Shown: positions 28,401-37,105 of the stretch, piece by piece
How positions within the stretch are numbered: the first letter of the stretch is position 1
Layout: each line of letters begins with the position of its first letter
NCBI GenBank assembly: GCA_944351415.1
Contig: CALVPQ010000001.1
Span: 13,540-77,539, forward strand
Source of the DNA: an uncultured Clostridia bacterium
GTDB taxonomy: Bacteria; Bacillota; Clostridia; Christensenellales; UBA1242
Direction of reading: 5' to 3'
Length of the DNA: 64,000 nucleotides
The notes under the pieces: model-generated
Told to the model about the DNA's origin: nothing
The model's input: the letters and a program-made list of their open reading frames with translations, nothing else
The model's database searches: none
Program-made: the position numbers and the translations under genes

Positions 28401-28614
28401 AACAAAAAATAACCCATATCTTAACGATATGGGGTTTGATTATATTGATTTCTATATTTATTTCCACATCGTCTGGCTTATTGCCATTCCTCTTTACCAC
28501 CATTGCCAAAGGGCTGGTTGGTCTGAACATCATCGAGAGGAGCTCTTCGTTCACGTCTTTATGTGTTATTTAATTGTTGAAAAAATAGTAGCACAAAACT
28601 GCTAAAAAAGTCAA
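28401..28614 (-). promoter_or_regulatory. Promoter plus a ~130-nt leader with intrinsic terminator (candidate attenuator/riboswitch, class unknown)
   Basis: Minus strand TTGACT, 18 nt, TACTAT (28614..28585). The leader is G+C-enriched. The terminator is ccccatatc-gttaa-gatatggg plus ttatttttt (28401..28434). Upstream cgatgtgg can pair with the terminator arm ccatatcg. Confidence 0.4.
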
Positions 28615-28643
28615 GTAATTTATAAAACTAGTTAGTTAAAAGC

Positions 28644-30464
28644 TTATTTAACAGTATATTCAATATAAAATTGGTAGCCAAAATAAGATACTATTACATA
28701 TTTTGTGCCAACAGTTGAAACATCAATTCCACTGATTATATAAATATTAGGTGTTTGAATTGATAAAAAAGAATAAAAATACTGTTCAAATACCTCGCCA
28801 TCTTCCATAGTAAACTCGGCTGTAAATGAGCTGGTATAACTAGGGCTATTCTTGTTATAGGCTGTAGGGATAACCGCATACTGAACCTTATCTAAATCCA
28901 CAACATAATACCTTATGCTTACCTCGTGCCCATTTACATTTATTTTTGCAAATTGCTCACCAGCAGTAGATGTATCTATATCTTCAATAATATCATCTTC
29001 AGTCAGTCCAACATAAAATACATTTTCACCAGTATTTGGATTATATAAATAAATATCTTGTTCGATTAATTTTGCATAACCATTAAGCAGAATTGGATTG
29101 TCTCTTGCACCCTTTTCCACATAGCCACTTGTTATGTTGACATCATTTACCATGTATTCAAACTCTAAAGTCCTAAAATGATATGTTAAACTGAATTTAT
29201 AAGTTCCTATTTTTTCTGTTATAAGATTCTTAACTGAAAAATCTGTGTCTGAAGTTAGATTTTCCATTCCTGTGTTGCCATTTATATCTGTCCAAGAGAT
29301 AACAATACCTTTTTCTTCAATAGAACTATCTTCTCCAAACTCAAAAGTTGGAATATTGTTTATAGTGAATGTTTCAATATCTGAATTGACTTTATACCTT
29401 ATACCATCAGTTTTCCCTAAAACTTCACCATTATGGTCCATCACAACCAAACACATTGTTGAGTAGTATGCTCTATCAGCATTTTTTGCCTCTTCAGCAG
29501 CCATCTCTAATGTATAGGTAAAATTTGGTGTAATAACAACTCCACTTCCAAAATCATTATTTAACAGATAAAATCCACTTACCATATTTGAAGAAATGTC
29601 GACGATTTCATCTTCAAACTGTTTATCTGCATATTGAATAAGAAGTTTGCCTGTTCCAGCATCGAAATTTTCACCATATCCATACTCAGTTTTAATTGCT
29701 CCTATAACTTTGACTGCTTTGATTACTTTCTGGGTGAATTTTGCATATAGCACATTATCTTTATTTTTTAGCATATCATTGCTAATTCTATTTGGAACTG
29801 GCTCGGTATAGGCATAATCGTAGAACCAGCCATCAAAATGATAAAATGGAACATCTGGCTGATAGAGAGTTATTCTTTCGCCAACCGCAACAACATCACT
29901 TATTTTATCAAAAGTTACCCCTATATCATTATAATAGTATATTGTTTTTGACGTTTCCCATCTTGGATATAAATATACTTCGTTATAGCTGTCAGCCTCA
30001 ACAACTGTTTCTATTGTATAAGGCTTTGTTAATTCGATGTCTACACACCAGCAATCAAAAGTATAGCCATCTCTTGTTGGAGTTGGAAGCACTATATCTA
30101 GACTATCAAGATAAATGTCGTCAAAATTATCATCACTAACAAACACTAAATTGACTTTTTTAAGCCATTTTGCATATAAGGTTAAGGAATTGTTATCTAT
30201 ATATGAGTTTAAATTTGATTGTTCAAATTTCTGCTCCCAGGTGCCGTCATCTTCATACCAGCCACCAAAAAGATATTCTTCTCTTGTTGGCTCTGGCAAA
30301 ATAAGGGCGCTATCTTGAGTATATTCTATTGGACTGCAAGCAGTTCCACCATTACTTTCAAAGTTGATTGTAAGGCTATCATCTTTGCACGCTGTGAAAA
30401 GTATTCCGCTAAACAGCATAAGACACACTGCCGCCACCACAGACAAGAGTTTTATATTTTTCAT
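28644..30464 (-). CDS. Surface lipoprotein with Listeria-Bacteroides (InlB B-repeat / Flg_new-like) repeats, paralog A
   Basis: Signal peptide plus lipobox (LFSGILFTAC). Repeats of type NGGT..SPIEY...LPEPTREEYLFGGWY and PTRDGYTFDCW. Confidence 0.75.
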   Translation of the reverse strand: MKNIKLLSVVAAVCLMLFSGILFTACKDDSLTINFESNGGTACSPIEYTQDSALILPEPTREEYLFGGWYEDDGTWEQKFEQSNLNSYIDNNSLTLYAKWLKKVNLVFVSDDNFDDIYLDSLDIVLPTPTRDGYTFDCWCVDIELTKPYTIETVVEADSYNEVYLYPRWETSKTIYYYNDIGVTFDKISDVVAVGERITLYQPDVPFYHFDGWFYDYAYTEPVPNRISNDMLKNKDNVLYAKFTQKVIKAVKVIGAIKTEYGYGENFDAGTGKLLIQYADKQFEDEIVDISSNMVSGFYLLNNDFGSGVVITPNFTYTLEMAAEEAKNADRAYYSTMCLVVMDHNGEVLGKTDGIRYKVNSDIETFTINNIPTFEFGEDSSIEEKGIVISWTDINGNTGMENLTSDTDFSVKNLITEKIGTYKFSLTYHFRTLEFEYMVNDVNITSGYVEKGARDNPILLNGYAKLIEQDIYLYNPNTGENVFYVGLTEDDIIEDIDTSTAGEQFAKINVNGHEVSIRYYVVDLDKVQYAVIPTAYNKNSPSYTSSFTAEFTMEDGEVFEQYFYSFLSIQTPNIYIISGIDVSTVGTKYVIVSYFGYQFYIEYTVK

Positions 30465-30581
30465 ATTTTTCTCCAGTTTTTGATTGAATAATTAAAGTTT
30501 TAAAGTTAATATTTCTGTTTTGTATTATCTATCTTTAATAAAAGTTAAAAATACTTGGTCTAAAGTTCTGTTATTAACAAA

Positions 30582-32351
30582 TTATCTAACTACATATTCA
30601 ACATCAAATATTTCCCCATAGAAATATACCTTTACATAATGGGTTCCAGAAGTTGTTGTGTCAACGTTTTCAATAATACAACAATAATCATCATAGTAAT
30701 CAAAGCTTTGTCTGAAAGTCACCCCATCTTCCATAGTTATTGTGGCTTCAAAAAAGTTGACTTCATCTTGTTGCTCATAAGTTCTTATGACTTTTAATTC
30801 TTGAATTTGCTTAAGAGCAACAACATAATATTCTATTTCAACTTCATTACCACTTATATTTATTATTGCAGTGTTATAGCCAGCAGTAGATGTGTCTATA
30901 TCTTTGATAATTTGTGTTTGAGTAAGTCCATCATAGTTTATATGCATATTTGTATCTTCATTGACTACATATATATCTTGGTCTAGTAAAGATGTTCGAG
31001 TGTTTAATAATATTGGGTCATCGTAGGAACCTTTATCCACATAACCCCAGGTTATGTTTGTATCATTAACTGTATATTCAAACTCTATGGTTCTATAATG
31101 AAAACGAAGAGAAAACTTAAATGTTCCAATTTTATTTGTTGATAGGTCTGAAGTATAATAATTTAAGTCCTCATCATTTAAAAATTCTATCTTCTGCCCT
31201 TGCTCGTCTGTCCAAGAAACAGCAATCCCCTTATTTTCTAGAGATACATACTCTCCAAATTCAAAAACTATTTCTTTATTTATGGTAAATGTTTCAATAT
31301 CACTTTTTACTATGTAATCAATACCTTGTGCTGTTTTTGCTATTTGAGTTCCTCTGTGGTCAAAAATATAAAAATTTACCGAGCCTAAATATACTTCATC
31401 ATTATCAAGTTCGTTATCATATAAATAATATCCCCTTTTCCCTTTATCTTGAGGATAAAATCCTTGAACCATAGCATCAGTGATTTCAACCACTTCATCT
31501 TCATACTGCTCATCTTTATAATTAATAAGCAATCTTGCAGTGCCTGCATCAAAACTTTCACCATATTCATATTCAGTTTTAATTGTTCCTATAACTTCAA
31601 CCCTTTCAATTTCTTTTTGTGTAAATTTTGCATATAGCACATTGTCTTTATTTTTTAGCATATCATTGCTAATTCTATTTGGAACTGGCTCGGTTAATTC
31701 AGAATCAAAAAACCAACCATCAAATTGATAATATTTTATAATAGGTTGATAAAGCATTATGCTTTCGCTAACTTCCACAACATCACTTGTTTTTTCAAAA
31801 GGTGCATCTATATCACTATAATAGTATATTGTTTTTGACGTTTCCCATCTTGGATATAAATATACTTCGTTATAGCTGTCAGCTTCAACAACTGTTTCTA
31901 TTGTATAAGGCTTTGTTAATTCGATGTCTACACACCAGCAATCAAAAGTATAACCATCTCTTGTTGGAGTTGGAAGCACTATATCTAGACTATCAAGATA
32001 AATATCGTCAAAATTATCATCACTAACAAACACTAAATTAACTTTTTTAAGCCATTTTGCATATAAGGTTAAGGAATTGTTATCTATATATGAATTTATG
32101 TTTGATTGGTCAAATTTCTGCTCCCAGGTGCCATTATCTTCATACCAGCCACCAAAAAGATACTCTTCTCTTGTTGGCTCTGGCAAAATAAGGGTGCTAT
32201 CTTGAGTATATTCTATTGGACTGCAAACAGTTCCCCCATTGCTTTCAAAGTTGATTGTAAGGCTATTATCTTTGCATGCTGTGAAAAGTATTCCGCTAAA
32301 CAGCATAAGACACACTGCCGCCACCACTGACAAGAATTTTATATTTTTCAT
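30582..32351 (-). CDS. Surface lipoprotein with Listeria-Bacteroides repeats, paralog B
   Basis: It has the same signal peptide and lipobox. The first ~175 aa are almost identical to paralog A, and the C-terminal two thirds are divergent. Confidence 0.75.
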   Translation of the reverse strand: MKNIKFLSVVAAVCLMLFSGILFTACKDNSLTINFESNGGTVCSPIEYTQDSTLILPEPTREEYLFGGWYEDNGTWEQKFDQSNINSYIDNNSLTLYAKWLKKVNLVFVSDDNFDDIYLDSLDIVLPTPTRDGYTFDCWCVDIELTKPYTIETVVEADSYNEVYLYPRWETSKTIYYYSDIDAPFEKTSDVVEVSESIMLYQPIIKYYQFDGWFFDSELTEPVPNRISNDMLKNKDNVLYAKFTQKEIERVEVIGTIKTEYEYGESFDAGTARLLINYKDEQYEDEVVEITDAMVQGFYPQDKGKRGYYLYDNELDNDEVYLGSVNFYIFDHRGTQIAKTAQGIDYIVKSDIETFTINKEIVFEFGEYVSLENKGIAVSWTDEQGQKIEFLNDEDLNYYTSDLSTNKIGTFKFSLRFHYRTIEFEYTVNDTNITWGYVDKGSYDDPILLNTRTSLLDQDIYVVNEDTNMHINYDGLTQTQIIKDIDTSTAGYNTAIINISGNEVEIEYYVVALKQIQELKVIRTYEQQDEVNFFEATITMEDGVTFRQSFDYYDDYCCIIENVDTTTSGTHYVKVYFYGEIFDVEYVVR

Positions 32352-32545
32352 TTTTTTCTCCTATTTTTGATTATACAATAAAATTATTTAAAAGTAAATA
32401 AAAGCCGTTATCTTAGCATTATAAAATTAAAAATGAAAGAGCAAAGATTATTCGCACCTATATAATTTATCTGTTATATGTTTAAAAATAAAAAATTAAG
32501 ATAATTTAAAAGACATAGCAAGGTAAATTTGCTATGCCCTATAGT

Positions 32546-32620
32546 TGGTGTTCCCAACAGGACTCGAACCTGTGACTAGCCCTTAGGAGGGGCTTGTAAT
32601 ATCCACTTTACTATGGGAAC
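32546..32620 (-). tRNA. tRNA-Arg (anticodon CCU)
   Basis: Minus strand GTTCCCA...AGCCC-CTCCTAA-GGGCT...GGTTCGAGTCC...TGGGAACACCA. The cloverleaf is readable, the anticodon loop is CU-CCU-AA and CCA is encoded. Confidence 0.9.
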
Positions 32621-32810
32621 TTGTTTTTTGTATTTTTAGTTTTTTATTTTCATCTATATTATTATTGCAAATTTAAAATGAAAATTATCTTAACAAATAA
32701 TATTATATCATATTAAAATACTTTTTCAAATATTTTTATTATAAAAAAACTTTTTATTTTAAAAATTAATTGTAAATTTATTAAATTTTCTTTATTTATT
32801 TAATAATTTT

Positions 32811-32838
32811 ATAAAAATACCGACTTTTTGAGTCGGTA
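32811..32838 (-). terminator. Intrinsic terminator closing the DUF11/Cys-rich operon
   Basis: Minus strand taccgact-caaaa-agtcggta followed by tttttat. Confidence 0.75.
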
Positions 32839-32856
32839 TCTCTATCACCACGTAAA

Positions 32857-33150
32857 TTAAAATCTTCTTTTGCAAAATCTCTTTTTACGATTGCAACAGC
32901 AATTGCATCTTTTGCTTATGCAATTATTTTTAAAAAATGGGTTACATTTTCTATTGCAACAATCACTAAAATCATTGCAACAAGGATTAAAATAACAGCC
33001 ACAATCAAAATCAAAGAAAAAACAAATTGTTGTTGGCGGAGCTGGTGGTATAGGCTCTGTTATAACTGTTTGAACAACATTACTGTTAAATGTTGAAGGT
33101 ATACCCTGCACTAGCACCGTGACATTTGATGAATTGTTAATTATTTTCAT
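32857..33150 (-). CDS. Small extremely Cys-rich basic protein (97 aa, 14 Cys in the last 56 residues)
   Basis: AGGTGA RBS 10 nt after the upstream stop. The C-terminus is ICFFFDFDCGCYFNPCCNDFSDCCNRKCNPFFKNNCISKRCNCCCNRKKRFCKRRF. No signal peptide. Confidence 0.65.
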   Translation of the reverse strand: MKIINNSSNVTVLVQGIPSTFNSNVVQTVITEPIPPAPPTTICFFFDFDCGCYFNPCCNDFSDCCNRKCNPFFKNNCISKRCNCCCNRKKRFCKRRF

Positions 33151-33160
33151 AGAAAATCAC

Positions 33161-33931
33161 CTAGTTTATAAGTGCTTGAAAATCAACTGTTACACTTCCT
33201 CCGGGTGCTATGTCAGGAAGCGAGAATGAACTGATTGGGTTATAACCTGGATAAGATACATTGTCTATTTTTACTGAATCAGTTACAAAGGTAAGACCTG
33301 CCTCTAATATATCTGAAAAGACAACATCTGTTACAGTTTGGCTGCCTGCATTGGTTATAACTGATTTATAATTTAGCACTTCTCCCTTGATTGCCACTGT
33401 TTTATCCACGCTCTTAACAACATTTAGTCTTGTTGAAATTACTGCAAAGGTTACAGTATTTGTGTTTTCAGTGAAATCACGCCTGCCAAGTTCTGTGTCT
33501 ATGCTATAGTTTACTGTGCCGTAGTTATCAACTGTGTCTTGAGTTTTTGGATTATCTGCTATAACAGTGTAAACTATGCTTGTGCTTGCACCAACTGCAA
33601 GGTCTGGGAGTGAAAACCCTGCAACAATATCATAGCCAGGGTATGCCACATTGTCTATTATAACAGTTGATGGCACGTGCGTGGCACCTGCTGCCAAGGT
33701 ATCATTGAAAAATAAGTTCTTTATAACATAATTTGTGTTATTTGTTAAAACTATTGTTTGAGTTGTGCTATCACCTTCTCCAATAAATGCTGTAGGTGTT
33801 GTTTTGACTTTGCTAAATGTGGTGGAAATTATTTCTGTTGTGACTATATTACTATCTCTTTGCCCTGGAACAGTTGAACCATCTGGCAAAACTGATAGAT
33901 AACTTACGCTTGATTGATTTGGTATTAACAT
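33161..33931 (-). CDS. DUF11 (conserved repeat domain) protein with two repeats; leaderless and Cys-free
   Basis: AGGAGA RBS. Repeat example: VVKSVDKTVAIKGEVLNYKSVITNAGSQTVTDVVFSDILEAGLTFVTDSVKIDNV. Confidence 0.7.
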   Translation of the reverse strand: MLIPNQSSVSYLSVLPDGSTVPGQRDSNIVTTEIISTTFSKVKTTPTAFIGEGDSTTQTIVLTNNTNYVIKNLFFNDTLAAGATHVPSTVIIDNVAYPGYDIVAGFSLPDLAVGASTSIVYTVIADNPKTQDTVDNYGTVNYSIDTELGRRDFTENTNTVTFAVISTRLNVVKSVDKTVAIKGEVLNYKSVITNAGSQTVTDVVFSDILEAGLTFVTDSVKIDNVSYPGYNPISSFSLPDIAPGGSVTVDFQALIN

Positions 33932-33940
33932 TTTTATCTC

Positions 33941-35644
33941 CTAATTTACTTGAACTTGAAAAATTATTGTTTTTACTTGACCGATGCTTAAATCACCTAT
34001 ATTTATTCCATTTTCTGGATTTTCGCCAGGCATATTCACACCGTCAACTGACACAGAATTTGTAACAAAAGTTGTTCCAGTTGGGATTGGGTCTGTAAAT
34101 ACAAAATCTATTGCATTCAAGTTTCCATTATTTGTTATAAAACTTGTATAGGTTAGAATTTCTCCGCTTAAGGCAACTGTTTTGTCAACTATTTTAACAT
34201 TATTGACTGCTTCTTCTAGGATAAATACAGAAACAGGGTTGCTTGCTTGTTCTAGCTCTACTGTAAAATTTGGAAAAGGTTCAAATTCAAAACTTACTAT
34301 TGCGGTGTTTATTGCTGGATTGGTAAGTGGTAGAGTTATTGCCCTTAAAAGATATTTTACAGTTTTTGTCTGATTAGGCATTATCGTGCCTAAAGAAATT
34401 GGGAAAGAACCAGGTTGTGAAACTCCATCTATTTCAATTGAACCGCTAACCAAGCTTAAACCTGCTGGAATTGGGTCGGCAAGAATGACATCTGTTGCAT
34501 CAAGCTGCCCTGTGTTTGTTACTTGAATGGTATACTCCACATCTTGCCCAACAAAGACTGCCGCATTTGAAACTGACTTTGTGACAGTAAGCGAAGCACC
34601 AAGAGAATCTATTTGAGTTGCAAGTGCATTTGGCACATATAAATCACCTGAACTTGTGAACCTAAATAAGGCACTTGTTTGAGAAGGTTCAAGCTGCGGA
34701 GAAATATCAACGGCGGTGATGTCCCACCCCTGTCTACCTGCACTTACACCTGTGCCTGCAGAAGCATTAGCATTTCGTGAGCCAAAAGTTCCTGTTACAT
34801 CTATTACCCCATTTTCATCATTTATCTGTGATGCAAAAAAGTTATTAGCTGGATTATTTGGTCCAGAAATTATAGCAAGTGAGCCTGCATCTTTGCCAAA
34901 TAAAAATTGGTCACCAGTAAGCACGGCATCACCTTCTTGTGCACTGATATATACCTTGCCTGAAATTGGAAGAGCAGAAGGAGTTGTAAAACCAGAGAGT
35001 GTTGTGTCGCTAACAGGAGTTGTTGGACCTACAACCGCACCACCTACCCACAAAGTTAAGTTTCGTATAATTTCACTGTCGTTTTTGTATACTACTGCAA
35101 GTGTCCAGCCCGCATGATTTGTTTGAGTAGTTTGATTATCATTTGCAATCAAAAGTGCAGGAACACCAAGCACTGAATATGTGCCGTTAAGCGAATTTGA
35201 AACTATACTGGTAACGTCTGCCGTTCTAACATAAAACCCCAAATTAAAACCGCCCTGACTTGGAATTAAAAAATTCTGCGAAGTGGTTGCATCAGGTGAA
35301 ATGCTGTTTAAATTGCCATCTGCAACCAACGTGACAGGATTATCTATCACGTTTGAAATATTTTGAGTTTGAGATTGGTAAAGTCCGCCCCATACAAGCT
35401 CTGCATGAAGCACAGTGCTACCAATAGGAAGAGTAAGAACCGCACTTGAACCATTTTGCAAATAACTTGCAGTTGTTCCTGTTGGAAAGTTTGAAAACTG
35501 CGTGTTATTAAGTGATGTGAAAGCACCGATTGAACCAAGTGCACCAGCTGAAAGTGAATTTGAAATTTTACTCAGTCCTAAAGTATTACCTATAAAACGT
35601 ATACCACCTCGTTCTATTGTTGTATAACGTTGCAAAAAAGCCAT
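33941..35644 (-). CDS. DUF11-repeat protein with a ~340-aa N-terminal domain; leaderless and Cys-free
   Basis: AAGAGGAA RBS. Two C-terminal repeats (LTVTKSVSNAAVFVGQDVEYTIQVTNTGQLDATDVILADPIPAGLSLV...; VKIVDKTVALSGEILTYTSFITNNGNLNAIDFVFTDPIPTGTTFV...). The N-terminal domain contains HAGWTLAVVY and GRQGWDITAVD. Confidence 0.7.
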   Translation of the reverse strand: MAFLQRYTTIERGGIRFIGNTLGLSKISNSLSAGALGSIGAFTSLNNTQFSNFPTGTTASYLQNGSSAVLTLPIGSTVLHAELVWGGLYQSQTQNISNVIDNPVTLVADGNLNSISPDATTSQNFLIPSQGGFNLGFYVRTADVTSIVSNSLNGTYSVLGVPALLIANDNQTTQTNHAGWTLAVVYKNDSEIIRNLTLWVGGAVVGPTTPVSDTTLSGFTTPSALPISGKVYISAQEGDAVLTGDQFLFGKDAGSLAIISGPNNPANNFFASQINDENGVIDVTGTFGSRNANASAGTGVSAGRQGWDITAVDISPQLEPSQTSALFRFTSSGDLYVPNALATQIDSLGASLTVTKSVSNAAVFVGQDVEYTIQVTNTGQLDATDVILADPIPAGLSLVSGSIEIDGVSQPGSFPISLGTIMPNQTKTVKYLLRAITLPLTNPAINTAIVSFEFEPFPNFTVELEQASNPVSVFILEEAVNNVKIVDKTVALSGEILTYTSFITNNGNLNAIDFVFTDPIPTGTTFVTNSVSVDGVNMPGENPENGINIGDLSIGQVKTIIFQVQVN

Positions 35645-35742
35645 ATATTCCTCTTAAAATCACACATACCCCTATTATCAGTCTATGGAAAGAGTTTTAA
35701 TTTGTTAAAAGATAAGAAAAAACTTTGTTAATTTTATTTTTT

Positions 35743-35784
35743 AAAAAAAATACATGGGAAAACTTAAAATTCCATGTATTTTTG
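35743..35784 (-). terminator. Intrinsic terminator after the secreted-protein gene
   Basis: Minus strand atacatgg...ccatgtat followed by tttttttt. Confidence 0.7.
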
Positions 35785-35800
35785 TGATTTTTATTTTGAT

Positions 35801-36688
35801 TTAATAATCAGAAATTGTTATAGTAAAAGTTGTATCTTGTGTTAAAGTATACCAGCCTAAAAAATCATAAGCGTTACTACCAAGTGTTCCGCTAAAACCA
35901 GCATTAGAAGATAAGTTGATAGTATATTGGGCTGTTACTCTAGTAGTAACATTTCTGTAGTTTGTTATCGCTATAGTTTCTACATTATAAAGAATAATTT
36001 GCTTTTGTGTATAGCTTTCAAATGCATCAAAAGGTGTCACATCTGACGAGTTATTGATAGCAACACCAAGTTCCTTAGAATATTGTAGATAACTATCATC
36101 TACAATATTTATTGTTGCAGTATAACCGCTACCTTGTTCTATGCTTGTGAGCGATAGGTCAAGGTCAAACGTGCCTGTGATGTCGCTGTTTTTGTTTGAC
36201 ACTGTAAGTGTGAAAGTAAATGTGCCTGTTCCGCCGCCTGTGATTGTTTTATTGGTGGTGTTTCCTTCAAAGGTTTCTGAGTTATATTCTCTTGCAACGT
36301 TTACACCTGTGATATTGGTGTTGTCTGTCAGAGATACTGATATTGCTCGGCCACTAGCAAGGTTTTGAATATTTATTGTCACCGTGATTGGTGATGCTGA
36401 TGAGTCGAAGTTAAGTGGCACGGAAGTCCAATCATCTGGCATTGAAACCGCTCCATCTGTTGTGTCTACAGTTATATGTATTGGTGTTAAATCTTCTGCG
36501 GTGGTTGTGTGCTCGGCTGTGCCAACATAACTTCCTGTTATATCCGCATACACGGAACTTGCCGTAAATGAAACATTGCCGCCGACATTCAAATTTATAT
36601 TTTGTGCGGCAAAGACACTAACAAAAAGCATACTTAAAACTAGCACAAAAGCTGCAATACATGAAATCAATTTTACTTTTAAACTCAT
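35801..36688 (-). CDS. Secreted T/S/N-rich beta-type protein of unknown function
   Basis: Start at the ATG at 36688, after AAAGGAG. The Sec-type signal is MSLKVKLISCIAAFVLVLSMLFVSVFAAQ. Confidence 0.65.
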   Translation of the reverse strand: MSLKVKLISCIAAFVLVLSMLFVSVFAAQNINLNVGGNVSFTASSVYADITGSYVGTAEHTTTAEDLTPIHITVDTTDGAVSMPDDWTSVPLNFDSSASPITVTINIQNLASGRAISVSLTDNTNITGVNVAREYNSETFEGNTTNKTITGGGTGTFTFTLTVSNKNSDITGTFDLDLSLTSIEQGSGYTATINIVDDSYLQYSKELGVAINNSSDVTPFDAFESYTQKQIILYNVETIAITNYRNVTTRVTAQYTINLSSNAGFSGTLGSNAYDFLGWYTLTQDTTFTITISDY

Positions 36689-36773
36689 AATTTTTTCTCC
36701 TTTCATTGCATATTATAGTTAGGCGTTACCTAATTATCAATTAAAATTAGGTAGAAACTAATATAATATTGTT

Positions 36774-36983
36774 ATGAATAAGGAAGATGTCATCAAAAAG
36801 AACCTTAAATTTGAGATTGAACATTGCGGAAAAAGCAAAACTGAGATAGCAAAAGAACTGGGCATATCAAAGCCTACCCTATCGCAGTATCTTTCTGGCA
36901 AGATTCTTCCTTCTCTTACCACTTTTGCAAAGCTTTGCGAAATTATTGATTGCTCTGCTGATGACATATTGGATTTAAAATAA
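36774..36983 (+). CDS. XRE-family helix-turn-helix transcriptional regulator (69 aa)
   Basis: KSKTEIAKELGISKPTLSQYLSGK is a typical HTH_3 core. It is divergent from the secreted-protein gene. Confidence 0.8.
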   Translation: MNKEDVIKKNLKFEIEHCGKSKTEIAKELGISKPTLSQYLSGKILPSLTTFAKLCEIIDCSADDILDLK

Positions 36984-37068
36984 GGCGAAATACAATCCAA
37001 GTTTAAAAAGCATATAAATCTATCTAATAATCATAAAAATATATAAAAAATAAATAAAACTTATAAAT

Positions 37069-37102
37069 AAAAAACCTTATGTTTTTATACATAAGGTTTT
37101 TA
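37069..37102. terminator. Bidirectional intrinsic terminator
   Basis: accttatgt/acataaggt flanked by an A-run and a T-run. Confidence 0.7.
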
Positions 37103-37105
37103 TGA

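Noticed and set aside
28384-28554. Upstream 57 codons of the listed 161-aa ORF
   Set aside because: The extension reads through an intrinsic terminator hairpin and a G+C-rich leader. A strong RBS precedes the internal ATG at 28383. I treat this stretch as leader RNA, not coding.
29792-32330. Plus-strand ORFs inside the lipoprotein genes (for example 29792..30139, 30219..30491, 31787..32026 and 32106..32330) that resemble each other
   Set aside because: Their similarity simply mirrors the duplicated 5' blocks of the two minus-strand lipoprotein genes. They are antisense and lack RBSs.
36758-37000. 80-aa minus-strand ORF
   Set aside because: It is antisense to the XRE regulator gene, which has a clear HTH motif. 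The minus-strand ORF has no motif or RBS.
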